Positions 38,500-51,539 of a stretch of 64,000 nt of DNA are shown here, one piece after another. The stretch spans positions 8,744,001 through 8,808,000 of the forward strand of contig NC_058383.1 in NCBI RefSeq assembly GCF_018350175.1. Direction: 5' to 3'. Each line of letters starts with the position of its first letter. Position 1 is the stretch's first letter. The notes below the pieces were generated by a model that searched no databases, had not been told where the DNA came from, and was given only the letters and a program-made list of their open reading frames with translations. Position numbers and translations under genes: made by a program. This stretch comes from Felis catus. Taxonomy: Eukaryota.

Positions 38500-39265
38500 A
38501 TTGGAAGGAAGGCCCCCTGAGTTTAGCTTTGCGTTGTCGCTCTATGCCCAGCGCCTGGAGCAGAGCCTGGCGTATCACAGGTGCAGTATGTTACATGGCC
38601 CGAGGGGCCCGTCGTCCGAGAGCCACCAGGGGTCACACTGGTGGCTCCTGAAGCTCAACCTCGTGTCAGTCCTGACTCCTGAGGTTCAGCCTGAATATCC
38701 GGTAGCCCCTGCACATCCCCACTGGGTTGATACGGGTACCCCGAAACCACCCACTGTGTCCGGAGCAAACTGGCTCCTCCTTGCGTTTCCTCTCTCAGCG
38801 AGCAGTACCACCTTCCACCCAGCTGCTCACGCCGGAGCACGGGGTCACCGAGCCCTGGCCATGCTGTCTCCAGAATGTTCTGGATTCCATCCACGTCTCT
38901 CCACCCCAGCTTTTGCTCTCCACTCTTCGTACTTCAGGCCACCCTCCTCGCGTCTACACTGCCTCAAAGCGAGTCTCTGAGCTTGCAAGGAGGGGTTGGT
39001 CTTCACCCTGCAGGCAGGCCAGGCGGATCGCTTACTCCTCCAGATTCACTTGAGACACTATTGCCTGACATCCCAGGTCCGGCTTAGATGTGCCTCTCTC
39101 TCCCACACACGCACCCACTCCCCGTGCCCTGTGGGTTGGCCCCTGTTATAGCTACTTGATGCTCTGCTGGTTTCCCTCCTGTCCCTCCTCATTTTCCTAG
39201 TGTTTACCCCAGTGCCTGCCACGTAGCAGAAACTCCCCAAATATTGGTTGAGGGAATAAATGAAA
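38500..39265 (+). mobile_element. L2 LINE relic(s)
   Basis: L2-like 3' ends gcgcctggagcagagcctggc and cccagtgcctgccacgtagcag...aaatattggttgagggaataaatgaa. Confidence 0.5.
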
Positions 39266-42200
39266 GGGTCAAATTGTTTCTTCAGAACGTTTTCTGAGGT
39301 TTTGCGGTCTCTTAATTGTTCACGCTGAACCGTGCCCCCTAGAGCGGCACTCTCACTGAGGGAGAGCACTCTGGCAAGTTCTAACAACCCGGATGGCAAG
39401 AGAGCAGAGCGTATCATGCGTTGAGCCGTAGCCACGTGATACCTGTCTGAGCCTCCTTTTGCTTTCGTATCATTCCGTACAGATTCACCTGCCTGCGTAG
39501 ACATTTATAAGACCCTTAGCATTCCGTGTTCAGCAGATCGGCACATGCGCCTCTTAGGGACTGACGTCCAGAACCCGTGTTTGGTTTCCCAGCCGCCCTG
39601 CTGGAAATCCCTCTGCCCACCCCCTCCCCCTCCTGCCCCCCTCTCGTGCAGTGGTGTCGCTCAGCTCTGGGGGAGAAGTAACATCGGAGCCCTGGTTCTT
39701 CCTTCTTGTTCATCTTCGACATCCCGAATCCCAGATCATGTTATTTCTCTTCCCCAAAGTTCATTCGTGCTAAAGACGCAGAATAAACTTTTAAGTCTGT
39801 AATTGTCCCGCGGATTCCGCCAAACAGTTAAAATAGTTAGGACCCCCGTCTTTGCTTTCTTCCTCATTTGCCACCAGACTGTTCTGCATTCTCTGGTCAA
39901 TTCGGAGAGTATCTTAAGATGCTTTTTATCGGAAATACCCTGCTTACTTCAGCCAGAGCACTCTCTTTCCGCACTGCTGTGACCTCCCCCGCCCCACCTC
40001 CCACTGATTAGTCAGTGGGTCAGCACCTCAAAAGCTGGCCCCTCCCTGTGTCGCAGGAACCATGCTGAGTCCCAGGGGTAGAGCCGGGAGCAAATCAGCC
40101 ACATGGCTTCCCATTCTCATGGGCTTCAGAGGGCGCTGGGAATGTGGGCGTTAAAAGTAATCACACACATAGTCATTGTAGCGTGGGTGTGACAACTTTG
40201 GAGACAGAGCCCATTGGGCATGAAGTGTAGATTGGAAAGGACTGGGCAGGGTCCCAGCTTGGCGAGCACGAGGAGAGGGCAGTAATGTCATCTAAACCAA
40301 GACACTGGTTTAGGGGGCGCTGGGTTCACTGGTCAAGGGGGCGCTAATAGTTAACGCCCGAGTAAAGGTCACACACCAGTATGGCCACCCAGCTGCAAAG
40401 GCAGGTGGGGGCCTGGTAGGTTATGTGAAGGATTCTGGACTTTGACCGAGAAACCAAGCATGGCTCATGAGCATGGAAATGCCACGATCAGATGCGTGTA
40501 ACAAAAAAGTCATCCCGACTATACGGGTAGGACAGCAGATTACAGAGGTGTCCCGAGGGGATCTGGGGTGCGAGAGATGAGGTCCTTTGGTTTCAGGTGG
40601 CAGGAGTGAGATTAGAGGAAATGGACAGATTTCACCTGCATATAGGAGGTAACAGTGGATGGTTGAGGAAGGCCACCAGGGCAGTCCTCGCCTGGACACG
40701 GTGAGCGCGGTGTGATTTCCTTCAGGACTGGTTTCCGTGGTTCCCTCTGGTGTATTACTTAAAAGGAGGACCAACAGACAAGTTCGGAGGATTAATCTCT
40801 CTTCCTGGTTCTCTTATCGTCTCTGATCGTTGTCCTAACTGAAAGTGGCCTTTGGCTTTATCGTCAATGTCATGGCAGTAGGAGAGCAGATTTACATTTT
40901 GATTCATAAATAAGTTAGGATTTTACTGCGTCAGTCTAGATGGCTTCATCTGTCAATTTTGTCACAGGCGGATTTTTATATCCTCATGTTTATGGTGAGC
41001 AGATAGGGGTAGCTTACACTTGGACAGAGCTAAGATCTTTTTATTTTAATACACCTCTGATTGAGATTCATATTTATATTTATTACTTGCTGATGATTAG
41101 CCATACGGAGAAGAGCTTCATGGTAGCCGTCTGCCAACAACGTGACTTGGTAAGGGCACCTGGGCAAGGCCCCCCCCCAGATGGGGAGTCCCTCTGCGGC
41201 CGGCTCCCTCCGGAGCCTTGCGTCCTTCTGCATGGGGATCTGTGGGTGAGGGCCAAGTTCAGTGAATATCCGTCAACAACAGTGACCCCGAGTGTGCGCA
41301 GAGAGGTTCAAGGTGTGCTGTGTGAGAAGTCCCAAAACACGTTCCCTTGGCCAGCACCTCCTGGCCGTCTGCTGTGTGCCTGCCCGGCGCATGCACCCGA
41401 CATACAAAGGTAGTCGAGGCTTGGCCCTTCCTGGGTGGCTCCTTTCCGAGCAGCGGGGGGACCACGCGGCCTTTGAGAAAACACTCCCATAGTGAAACTG
41501 GCAGCGTCCATCCCTAACTGTAGTGAATGGCGAAATAAGTTTCTCTTAAAGGGGGATCCTCTCAGACGGCTGGAAATATTCTGGAATGACCGCCTCGAGG
41601 CTCTGAGATAGCTGGCACGTTACTGTACTCTGAGAAAAATTATGATGATACGCATAATCTGCCAGAAATTAACCCCATGGTACGCGTAATCTGCCAGAAA
41701 TTAACCTCGCCTGAGCGACTTGCTCTTGCTTCTTGATACTGTTCAGATTTTTTTTTTTTTTTTAAACAATGAGCATGTATTTATCCCGACAACGGGGTGG
41801 GGGTGGGGGGGGGAGTCTGGGGGGAAGCATAAATCAGGAAAATAATCACGATCTTAGTTTGTGAATAGCCCTTATTAGTGGATCACAGATAAGAACTTAA
41901 GCCCTTGTCAGTTGAGTATCTGTGAGACACTTCTCAATCGGTGGGAAGCACAACTGTGACTCTTCTGTCTCAGAAGCACCTCGGACATTTTTTTGGTTTG
42001 TTTTCTAAGTTGAGAACGGAGAAAAGGACGGAGCGGGAGGAGCTCCCGCCTGTGCCTCTCAAGGCTTTGGGTGCCGGTGCATCGGGAGAGCCTCCCCGCA
42101 AAAGCTCGCATCGCCTTCTTGCCTTCATCTGTGGCCAGCCCGACAGGGAATCATCTTTCACTCCTTGCTAAGATGTGGTCTGGGTCCTCCAGACACAAAC

Positions 42201-43901
42201 CCTTCAAACACAAAGGCAGTGCCTGGAAGGGTTTATTTTAAGATTTAAATCTTAGGAAGCACATTACCAGTGATATAAAATATTCATTGACTCATGACAC
42301 GCCGCTAGAACTCCATGTTTCATGACTGCCCGCTCTCACTTTGTTTCCGCGGAATAACTGGCCTGCAGGTGTAAGTTGAGGCGGTAGTTTGCAGAAGTCT
42401 TGGAAGAGAGCTAGCCGGAGAGAGGCCACCGTGTGTTCGGAACCCATCGAAATGCCTCCAAGGGGCTCCTCCGGGAGGTTTTCATTTGCCCTCGGGGAAT
42501 ACCTGGTGTAAATATCCCCGCCTGCCCAGCGTTTGAGGATCTAGAAATAAAGGAGTACGTCATCGTTTCTAAGAACTGCTTTGTAATGCTCCTGCATAAG
42601 AAGACAGTACTAATCTGGTCATCTGGGCCCATCACGCTGGTTCCAAGTGAGGACACCACACCGTCAGTTAACATTGAAAAACACTGTTACTTCCGTTCTC
42701 CTTTCCCTGCCTGTCCCCCCGACTCGAGGATCCCAATTGCAAGACCGCTGGAAAAAAAGAGGTGAGATCTTAGGATTTAGTTAGAAACACCCCTGGCTTC
42801 TCATATCAAGCATTAAAAGGACGTGCCACTTGGTGGCATTTTTTAAGACCTTGCAGATGTGGCCGCTCCAGCCTGATCCTGTGAGGCTGCTCCAGTCCGT
42901 GTATTCTAGGTCTCCTGGTGTTGGCAGCCCAGCCGGTGCCCAGGCCCCTCCAGAGAGAACTCTGTAACCTCAGGATCCCCTTTGCACATTTTCAGTTTAC
43001 CTTCATAAGACATTTTCATTCACACGCAAGAATCAGGCACCAGAACCCTAACAGGCCAGAGGACGAACTAGGGCTGCAGCCAAGATATGAAGCCTGTGGG
43101 TTTCAGATGCCCTCCTGTCTCCCCTCTGGGTGCAGGGCCAGAGCTGGTCCCGAAGCAGCCTGGGGACCAGAGGACGAGGGACAGTTCCGCTCTGCCCAGC
43201 ACAGGTGACTGTAAACCAGACAGGGTGGAGATTCTCTGCCCTCCCTGGCCAGCCTCAAACAAACGTGGGGCCTGACGAGCCTCACCATCGTAGGTCTGCG
43301 AGCTGAGGAATCGGCTACGTTTTAAAGAAAGGCGAACGTGACAAGATGGGCGTCGGAGTGCCGGCCGCCACTTCTGCACGCTGCCCTCCTCTCCTGGGCT
43401 GTCCCTGCCCGTTCCTTTCCCGGTCCCTCGTCCCCGTGCGGGAACTCGCGAGCCGGGACTTGGGGATCCTGGGTTCCCTGGCGTGGGGAGGTGTGGCGCC
43501 TCTTCCCCCCTTAGCCATAGCCGGGGTGGTCCTGGCACACTTCATATCTAGACAGCTTTTCATCAGTTGCTCATCAGCATGCTAATTGCTGTATGACTAA
43601 TTATGCCCTGAATTCCAGTTGATTTTCTTAATGAGACAGCTGGGTTAATTATGTAATCGTATGATTACATTAGCCTAGAGTGCCCCGGCGAAAAGTAGCG
43701 TCTGCCACGCTGTGATGTCATCGCAGGGATGGCACTCACAGGGGCACATTCGCCCTCCGATGGTGGCGGGGGGCCCCGTCGCCCGCAGAGCTCTCTGCGC
43801 AGACGTGGGCTTGGATTTAGCAAGGTCGTTCTTTCCAGCCCTCGTGGTGTACGTGGAGAAGCAGCTCGCCACCAGCCTGTCCACACCCTCCCCGGCGCAC
43901 C

Positions 43902-43961
43902 TCGGCCCCAGCCAATCGGCCCCAGCCAGTCGGCCCCAGCCAGTCGGCCCCAGCCAATCGG
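43902..43961. repeat. 14-bp tandem repeat, ~4.3 copies of TCGGCCCCAGCCA(A/G)
   Basis: Units start at 43902, 43916, 43930 and 43944. The first and last units create CCAAT at 43912 and 43954. Confidence 0.9.
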
Positions 43962-44473
43962 AAGCCCTGCTTCCCAGCCTCTGCCGCTCGCTCTCCATGA
44001 AGTCCCGTGGCATCCTCCTCCCTCCAGAAGTTCCCTGCACCAAGACTGCCACGTTTTATGGGAGCGCGCCAGGGCTGCTTTTATGGTGACTCAGAGAACT
44101 CAAAAGGAGAGGAAGACCAGGGAAGTCAGTTTACGCAAAGCGTAAGGAGCATAGACCGGCCCAGCTTCATCGCCCTCTTCCCCATACGGGTACTATTCAT
44201 ACCTCTTTCCACCCTGATCTCCACACCCCTCCTGGTGCGCGAGAAAATACACGTGATCAGAGGAGGGGGACGTCTTCAGCCACTGGCCACCTCTCTAAGA
44301 CTCTGAGAGTCGGTGATGCCTGCTGACCACCCTCCGGACCCCGACCACCTGCGACCCTTCCCCAGGGTCATGGCCGCCTCTCTTCCTGGCCAGGCTCTGA
44401 ATGGGGGGGGACAGATCCCAGTCTCTGCTTAGCCTTTTTCTTTTCACCATTTACATTCTCTCCCTAAGTGACT

Positions 44474-44670
44474 TTTCTTTTTAAGTTTGTTTATTTATTT
44501 TGAGAGCGAGAGAGAGATCATGAGCAGGGGAGGTGCAGAGAGAGAGGGAGAAAATCCAAAGCAGGCTCTGTGCCGTTAGCCCAGAGCTCGATGTGGGGCT
44601 TGATCTCATGAACCATGAGCTGAAATCAAGAGTTCTGACGCTCAACCTGACTGAACCACCCAGGTGCCCC
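44474..44670 (-). mobile_element. CanSINE
   Basis: Ends ccacccaggtgcccc; imperfect TSD t(c/t)cctaag(t/g)gactt. Confidence 0.92.
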
Positions 44671-45660
44671 TTCCTAAGGGACTTCCAATGTGTGTTATGC
44701 ACCCAAATTCCACCAGTTGATTCCCTCCCCCGCGCCCCCCCCCAACCTTCCGAGGAAGGGAAAGAGCATCACCCAGGGAGTCAGCCTGGAATCCTTTCTT
44801 TCCCTCACGCCTGTATCAGTCCATCAGTAAGTCCTGCCGACCCGACCTCCAGAGGGTATCCCAAATTCGCCCTGATGCACATCAGCCGTTACCACCCTCA
44901 TCCAGGCCACTGTGACCTCTCCTGTCTCTTTGCTCCCCCTTCTCCTGTCCAGCACAGCAGCCAGACAGGTCTAAGTCAGTGGTGTCCAAACCACTTTTGT
45001 TCATGTGCCCCAAATCCTGAATTCATACCCCCAGCGTATGCTTATGTATGTACTTGTTTAAATGATAACACACGTGTAATTACAGAAACGTATTAAATAC
45101 ACTATAAGACATATGCTAAAAATGGAATTAGAAGGATGTGGTGAAGAGTAAAAGCAACTTCACATTTGTATTTTATCAGCAGTACAAAAAACTTTGCTCT
45201 CATGAAAAAAATCATACTTCAAAGTCAACTTGATGGAGGCATGATTTGCATATGATAAAACGCACCCGTTTTATGTATATAATTTGATAGTGTGGCCACC
45301 CTCAGAGCCTGGATATGGATCATATCCATCGCCTCAAAAGTTCCCTGATGATCTCAGACCCCAACAACCGCTGATCTGCTTTCTGTCGCTTTCGATGAGA
45401 TTGGCCATTTCTGGCATTTCGCATAAGGGAGTCTTTGGGTATGTTCTCTGATGTGTCTGGCTTCCTCCCCTCAGCATGGTATGCTGGGGATTCATCTGTG
45501 TCATTCGTCTGTATCACAGTCCTTTCCTTGTCATTGCAGAATGGTGTTCCATTCTATGGGATAGTACAACGTGCTTATCCATCCGTCTGCTGACGGACAT
45601 TCAGGTTGTTTCCAGCGTGGGGCTGTTGTATTTGGCCCGCTATAAGCACTCATGTACATT

Positions 45661-45838
45661 TCATTTATTTATGATTTATTTTGAGAGAGAGAACGCACGC
45701 ACGCGTATGTAGAGGAGCAACAGAGAGACAGGAGGACAGAATCCCAAGCAGGCTCCGCACTATCAGAGCCCGACGTGGGGCTTGAACCCTCGAACCGCGA
45801 GATCATGACCTGAGCCGGAATCAAGAGCCCAGGCTCCC
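45661..45838 (-). mobile_element. CanSINE, head damaged
   Basis: acagaatcccaagcaggctccgcac...gagatcatgacctgagccggaatcaagag. Confidence 0.85.
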
Positions 45839-46990
45839 CTGGACATACATTTTAAACGGGCTAGGATTTAGGGCTAGAATTGCTCAGACCTAGGGCAGGT
45901 TGTGGTTAGCTTGATAAGAAACTGCCAAACTGTCCTTTTCCAAGTAGCGGTGTCATTTTATCCCCAGTGAGAAACCAGAAGGAGTTGCATTTGCTCCATG
46001 TTCCCTCCATCAGTTGTTCCTTTCGGTCTCTTCGACTTTCCACATGGCGTGTTTTGTTGCGATTTTAATTAGCATTTTCCTGACGACTGATGATGCTATT
46101 TTTTCATGTGCCTTTTGGTCATTCTTAGATCTTCACTAGGGTTTAAAATCTTTTGCCCGTTAAAAAAAAAAAAAAAGGAATGTCGTACTGAGTTGTAAAT
46201 GTTTAACATATTCTAGATACAAGTCCTTTCTCAAATATATGCACTGCAAATGTTTTTTCCCCATATGAGGATAAGGTTTTATTTTAATAAAGTCCAGGTT
46301 ATTATTATTTGTTGGTTGTTCCTTTTTATGTTCTGAGGAGTCACTGCTTTAGTTATAATTTTCTTCTCTTGTGTTTTTTGAGTGAAGTGGTATGATTTTA
46401 TCTTTTACCTCTAGGCCTGTGAACATTTTGAGTTAACTTTCATGTATGGTGTGAGGTTGGGCCAAGTTTCATTGAACATTAATGGACGCTATGTGTGAGA
46501 TATTTTTCTGGAGCCTCTATTTTACTCCATTGATCTGTGTATCTTTCCTTATGTTAATGTCACACTATCTTGGTTACTGTGGCTTATCAGTCTTAAAATC
46601 AGGTAATATAAGTCCTTTATCTTTGGTCTTCTTTTTAAAAATTGTTTTGGCTAGGTGAATTTCAGTATAAATTATAGATTTAATTTGTCAATTTTTACAA
46701 ACGTGTTTCCAAGGACTTTTATCAGGGTTCCACTGTATCTGTCGATAATCTGAGGAAAATTGATAACTTACCCCTATCGAAATCTTTCAGTTCAAGCATG
46801 GTTTATTTATTTAGGTCTTCTGTAATGTCCCTCACCAATAGTTTATAGTTTTCAACGTACTAACCTGGCACATATCTTGTCCAGCATATCCCCAAGTTGG
46901 TCATGTTTTTGGATGATATAGTAAATAGGGTTTTCTTCATAATCTTCTTTTCCAGTTGTCATTTTTATATAGAAATGCAGTTAATTTTTA

Positions 46991-47212
46991 GCAGTGCCTG
47001 GGTGGCTCAATCGGTTGAGCATCCCGCTCTTAATTTCAGCTCAGGTCATGATCTCCCAGTTCATGGGATCGAGCCCAATGCTGGAATCTACACTGACGGC
47101 ACAGAGCCTGCTTGGGATTCATTCACTCATTCATTCATCTTCTCTCTCTCTCTCTCTCTCTGACCCTCCCCCCGCTCATGCTCTTTATTTCAAAAATAAA
47201 TAAACTTTTTTT
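46991..47212 (+). mobile_element. CanSINE inserted in L1
   Basis: Perfect 17-bp TSD aatgcagttaattttta (46974-46990 and 47213-47229). Confidence 0.93.
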
Positions 47213-49588
47213 AATGCAGTTAATTTTTATATAATAATGCTGTGTCCGTGGCTTTTTCAAACTCACTTATTCTCGAAGGTTTTTTTTTGTAGATTCCTTA
47301 GGACATTCCATCCTGAAGAGATTGTGTGCTTTGTAGTTGTTGGGCAACATGTTCCATAAATATCAGTTAGGTCAAATCGGTTGACAGTGTTAACTGAAGT
47401 TTTCTGTATCCACATTGGTTTCCAATCTGTAATATCAAATATTTCTTCTTCTTGCTTCCCCACCCCCCTCCGCCTTTTTTTTTTCTTTTGTACTGGCTAG
47501 GACCTCAAGTATGACAGTGAACAGAAGTGGAGAAAGCAGACATATCACATTGGTCCCAACTTGATGGAAAAGCATTCAGTCTTTCACCATTAAGTATGAT
47601 ATTAACTGTGGGGCTGGGGGGGGGGGTTGTAGACTCTTTTTATAAGGTTGAGAAAATGCCCTTCTATTCCTAGTTTGCTGAGAGTTTTTGTCATGAGTGA
47701 ATATTGAATTTTGTCAGATTTTTTCCTGCATCTGTTGAGATGATCATACGATTTTTCTCCTTTATTAATATGGTGAAATCATTTGATTCATTGCTTAATG
47801 TTAATCCAGCCTAATATTCTTAGGATATATCTTAACTTTGTTATGAATTAGCTGGATTCAGTTTGCTAATATTTTATTAAGGACTTTTGCATTTAAGTTC
47901 ATAAGGAATATAGGACTTTAGTTTTTTTGCTTGTTTGGTTGTTTTTTGTTTTTGTTTTTGTTTTTCCTTTTAAACTCTTTATTGAGTTTTGGTATCAAGA
48001 TAATGCTGGTCTTACAATATGAATTGAGAAGTGCTGCCTCTTCCCCTATTTGCTGAAAGGGTTTATGGAAGATATCTATTATTCTTCCCTAAAACTTCTC
48101 TAGTTTACCAGTGAATCTGTCTGTGCCTGGGGTTTTCTTTGGTGCAAGGTTTTTCATTACAAATTTAACATCTTTAACATTTATATGACTATTAAGATTT
48201 TTTATTTCCTCTTGGGTCTGTTTTTGGTAATTTTTCAAGAAATGATCCATTTCATGTAAATTATCCAGTTTATTGGCGTAATGCTATTCATAATATTTTG
48301 TTATCTTTCAAATATCTGTTGGATGTGTAATGATGCCCCCTTTTTCATTCCTGATCTTAGAATTTGTGGATTCTCTCTTTTTTCCCTTTGATCATTCTGG
48401 CTAGAGTCTTCTCAATTATAGTGATTATTTTCTTAAGAACCAGTTTTTGCTTGCCTTACTTTTTCTCCTCCCCCCCCCCATTTAAGTTTTATTACTCTCT
48501 TTTCTTATTATTTACTAATTTCTACTTACTTTGGGTTATAGCCACTCGTCTTTATCAACTTTCTTAAAGTGGTGTTGAGGGGTTAGATCATTGATTTATT
48601 CCATTGTGGTTGCAAGACATGCATTGCATGATTTCTGTTCCTTTAAATTTATCAAGACATATTTTATGATCTAGTATATATTCTGTCCCTATGAGTGTGT
48701 GCACTTGAAGAGAATGAATATTCTGTAGTTTTTGAGTGGAGTGTTCTATAAATGGTAATCAGGTCAGGTTGGTTGATAGTATTGTTCAAGCATTTTGTAT
48801 CCATACTGATTTTGTATCTAGTTGTCCTGTTAGTGAGAACAGAGTTTTGAAACCTTCATTAATGTGCATTTTTTTTTCTCCTTTCAGTTCTTTCAATTTT
48901 TGATTCATGCTTTTGAAGCTTCGTTTTGGGATGTGTATATCTAGGATTGTGATAGCTTGTCAATGATTCAGTTCTCTAAGTTTTGTACAGTGGTTTTCTT
49001 TATCCCTAGTAATATTTCATGTCCTAAAGTTTCCTTTGATTTTAATTTAGGTACTCCAGTTTTCTTTTGATTAGTGTTTTCATATTATATCTTTTTCTGC
49101 CCTTTTCCTATTAACCTATTTTTGTTATTATGTTTAAATTGCATTTCTTGTAAACATCTATGCCTTCCTTTATTATCTAGTCCAATAATCTTCTTTTTAA
49201 GTGGAATGTTAGATCTTTTACATTTGATGTAATTATAGGTAAAGCTGGGTTTAAATCTTCCATCTCACTGTTTTCTACTTGTGTCGTGTGTTTTGTTATA
49301 TTTTTCTACTTTCATTTGATTATTTTTATGATCTTATTTTGTCTCCCCAATTGTCTTATTCGCTATAACTCTTTGTCTTATTTTCTTAGTGATTACTTAG
49401 GCTTTACAGTCAGCATCTTTATTACACTGTACCTTCAAATAATATTATACTATTTTACATACAGTGTAAGAATCTTCTAGTACATTTATTTTCTCCCTCC
49501 AGTCCTTTGTGTATCACTATTCATTTTACTTCTACATTGGTTATAACCCTACAATACGGTGTTACTATTTTTTCTTTTTTTTCACGTT

Positions 49589-49684
49589 AAAAAAATATGG
49601 AACATTCATGAATTTGTGGGTCATCCTTGCATGGAGGCCATGCAATCTTCTCTGTGTCATTCCATGTGCTGCCAAACTGAGCGC
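49589..49684 (-). pseudogene. U6 snRNA processed pseudogene, near full length, diverged, with an ~11-nt internal deletion
   Basis: The + strand aaaaatatggaacattcatgaatttgtgggtcatccttgc...ccatgcaatcttctctgtgtcattccatgtgctgccaaactgagcgc aligns by eye to the reverse complement of U6. It is flanked by a 14/16 direct repeat (49563-49578 and 49685-49700) and has an A-rich tail. Confidence 0.9.
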
Positions 49685-50715
49685 TACCATTTTTGCTTTT
49701 AAATAGTCTTTTCAGGAAATTAAAAATGAAAAAAGTAGTATTTTATTTTCACCTACATAATTATAATTTCTGGTGTTGTTTATTCCTTTGTGCACATCCA
49801 GGTTTCCATTTGGCACCATTTTCTTTCATTTTTCTTATAGTATAGGCACACTGACAGTGAATTCTGCCACCTTTTGTTCATTTAAAATAGTGGGGGGAGG
49901 GAAAAACCTCTACCTTACATTTCTGAAAGGTATTTTTGTTGGGTATAAAACTGTATGTTGGCAACTTTGGGTTTTGTTTTTTTTCCTCTCAGGACTGACC
50001 CACTTTATTTCTGACAGGACATCTCCAGTTAGTTGTATCTTTCTTCCCCTGTATAGAATGAGTCTTCTTTTCTCTGGCTTTTAAGATTGCCTTTTTATTC
50101 TTCTTTCCAGCAGTTTGATCATGTTTATTGGTGTTCTGTGTTTATCATGTTTGTAGTTTGTTGAGTTTCTTGGAGTTTTAGCTTTATAACTTTTACCAGA
50201 TTTGGAAAATTTCACCACTATTTCTTCAAATACACCTGCTGCTCCTCTCTAGGACAGGTATGTTAGATTACCTGATACCATTCCACAGGTTGCTGAGGTT
50301 TTAGTAACTTTTTTTTCAGTCTTTTCTTCATGTTTCTGTTCAGACAGTTTCTATGATCTTGTCTTTGAATTTACTAATCTTTTTTTTCTTTTGCAGTGTC
50401 TAATCCAGTGTTAAGCCAAGTCTAGGGAATTTTTTCATTTCTGATGTTGTATTTCAAGCTCTAGAATTCCATTCTCTTCTTTGTCTCTTCCATTTCTCTC
50501 CTTAGTGTGTTCTTATTTTTCTTTAAATCCTCAAGCAGACTTATAATAGCTGTTTTAGTTTTTGTCAACAAATCCCATTATCTCTTGTCATTTCTGGTTC
50601 TGTTTTTATTAGCTGATCTCTCCCCTCCCCCATATTATCCTGCCTCTTTGCGTTTTTTGCAGAAATTTTTAGTGGTTGAGACATTTTTGTAAAGGATGTT
50701 GTCTTTGCCCACAAG

Positions 50716-50931
50716 TTTATTTTTTTTTAATGTTTATTTACTTTTGAGAGAGGGAGGGACAGAGCACGAGCAGGGGAGGGGCAGAGAGAGACAGAGACAC
50801 AGAATCCAAAACAGGATCCAGGCTCTGAGCTGTCAGCACAGAGCCCGACGCAGGGCTCGAACCCACGAGTTGTGAGATCGTGACCTGAGCCGAAGTCAGA
50901 TGCTTAACCAACTGAGCCACCCGGGCACCCC
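50716..50931 (-). mobile_element. CanSINE
   Basis: Full body ending actgagccacccgggcacccc. Confidence 0.94.
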
Positions 50932-51539
50932 TGAATAAGTTTAGACGATGATGAGAATGTTTCCAAATATCTGCTACTAAAATGCTGTCACTATAGCATG
51001 AGTGTCTTTCAAGAAGTGTTTTTTTTTGCCACTAAGTGTTAAACCATCACATCCACTTCAAAGACATAGTTTATGTGTTTGTTTTTTCAGAAATGCCTCT
51101 CAGGCAGCAATTACTGATAGCCATTTGCCATCAGCGATCAGGGCAGCTAATTTGGAACTCTTGAATTTTCAAAAGAAAATTGTATAACTCATCTTGAAGC
51201 GTAAAACTCTTACATACTTCACCACTAAACCGACAAAACTTTTTTTGGTTCAGCGTCCTGCAGTTTTCTTCTCATGCCCCAGTGGCTCACCTCGGAAGAA
51301 GCCTCTTCTCTGGTGGGTTTTCCCATCGGGAGTAGAGTTGAATACAGACTTGGTTCAGACATTGTATTCTTAAGAGACCAACGTGCTACCTACTGCACCT
51401 CACCAGGAGGGCACTTCAAACATGGTGTTTTCAGCTCCGGAATTCAATTTGATTCTTCTTTATATCTTTTATTTCTCTCCTTAACTTTGTTCATATCCTT
51501 GAGCACAGGCCTCACGGACGACATGTCCCTAGTTACTCT

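Larger units (their letters stand above)
45220..50650 (-). mobile_element. Long ancient L1 relic (3' UTR, ORF2 RT/EN region and upstream parts) hosting SINE and U6 insertions
   Basis: T-rich + strand with L1 antisense hallmarks: aaagcattcagtctttcaccattaagtatgat, ccttctattcctagtttgctgagagttttt, ctggattcagtttgctaatattttattaaggacttttgcat, ttttggtatcaagataatgctgg. No intact ORF. Confidence 0.85.
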
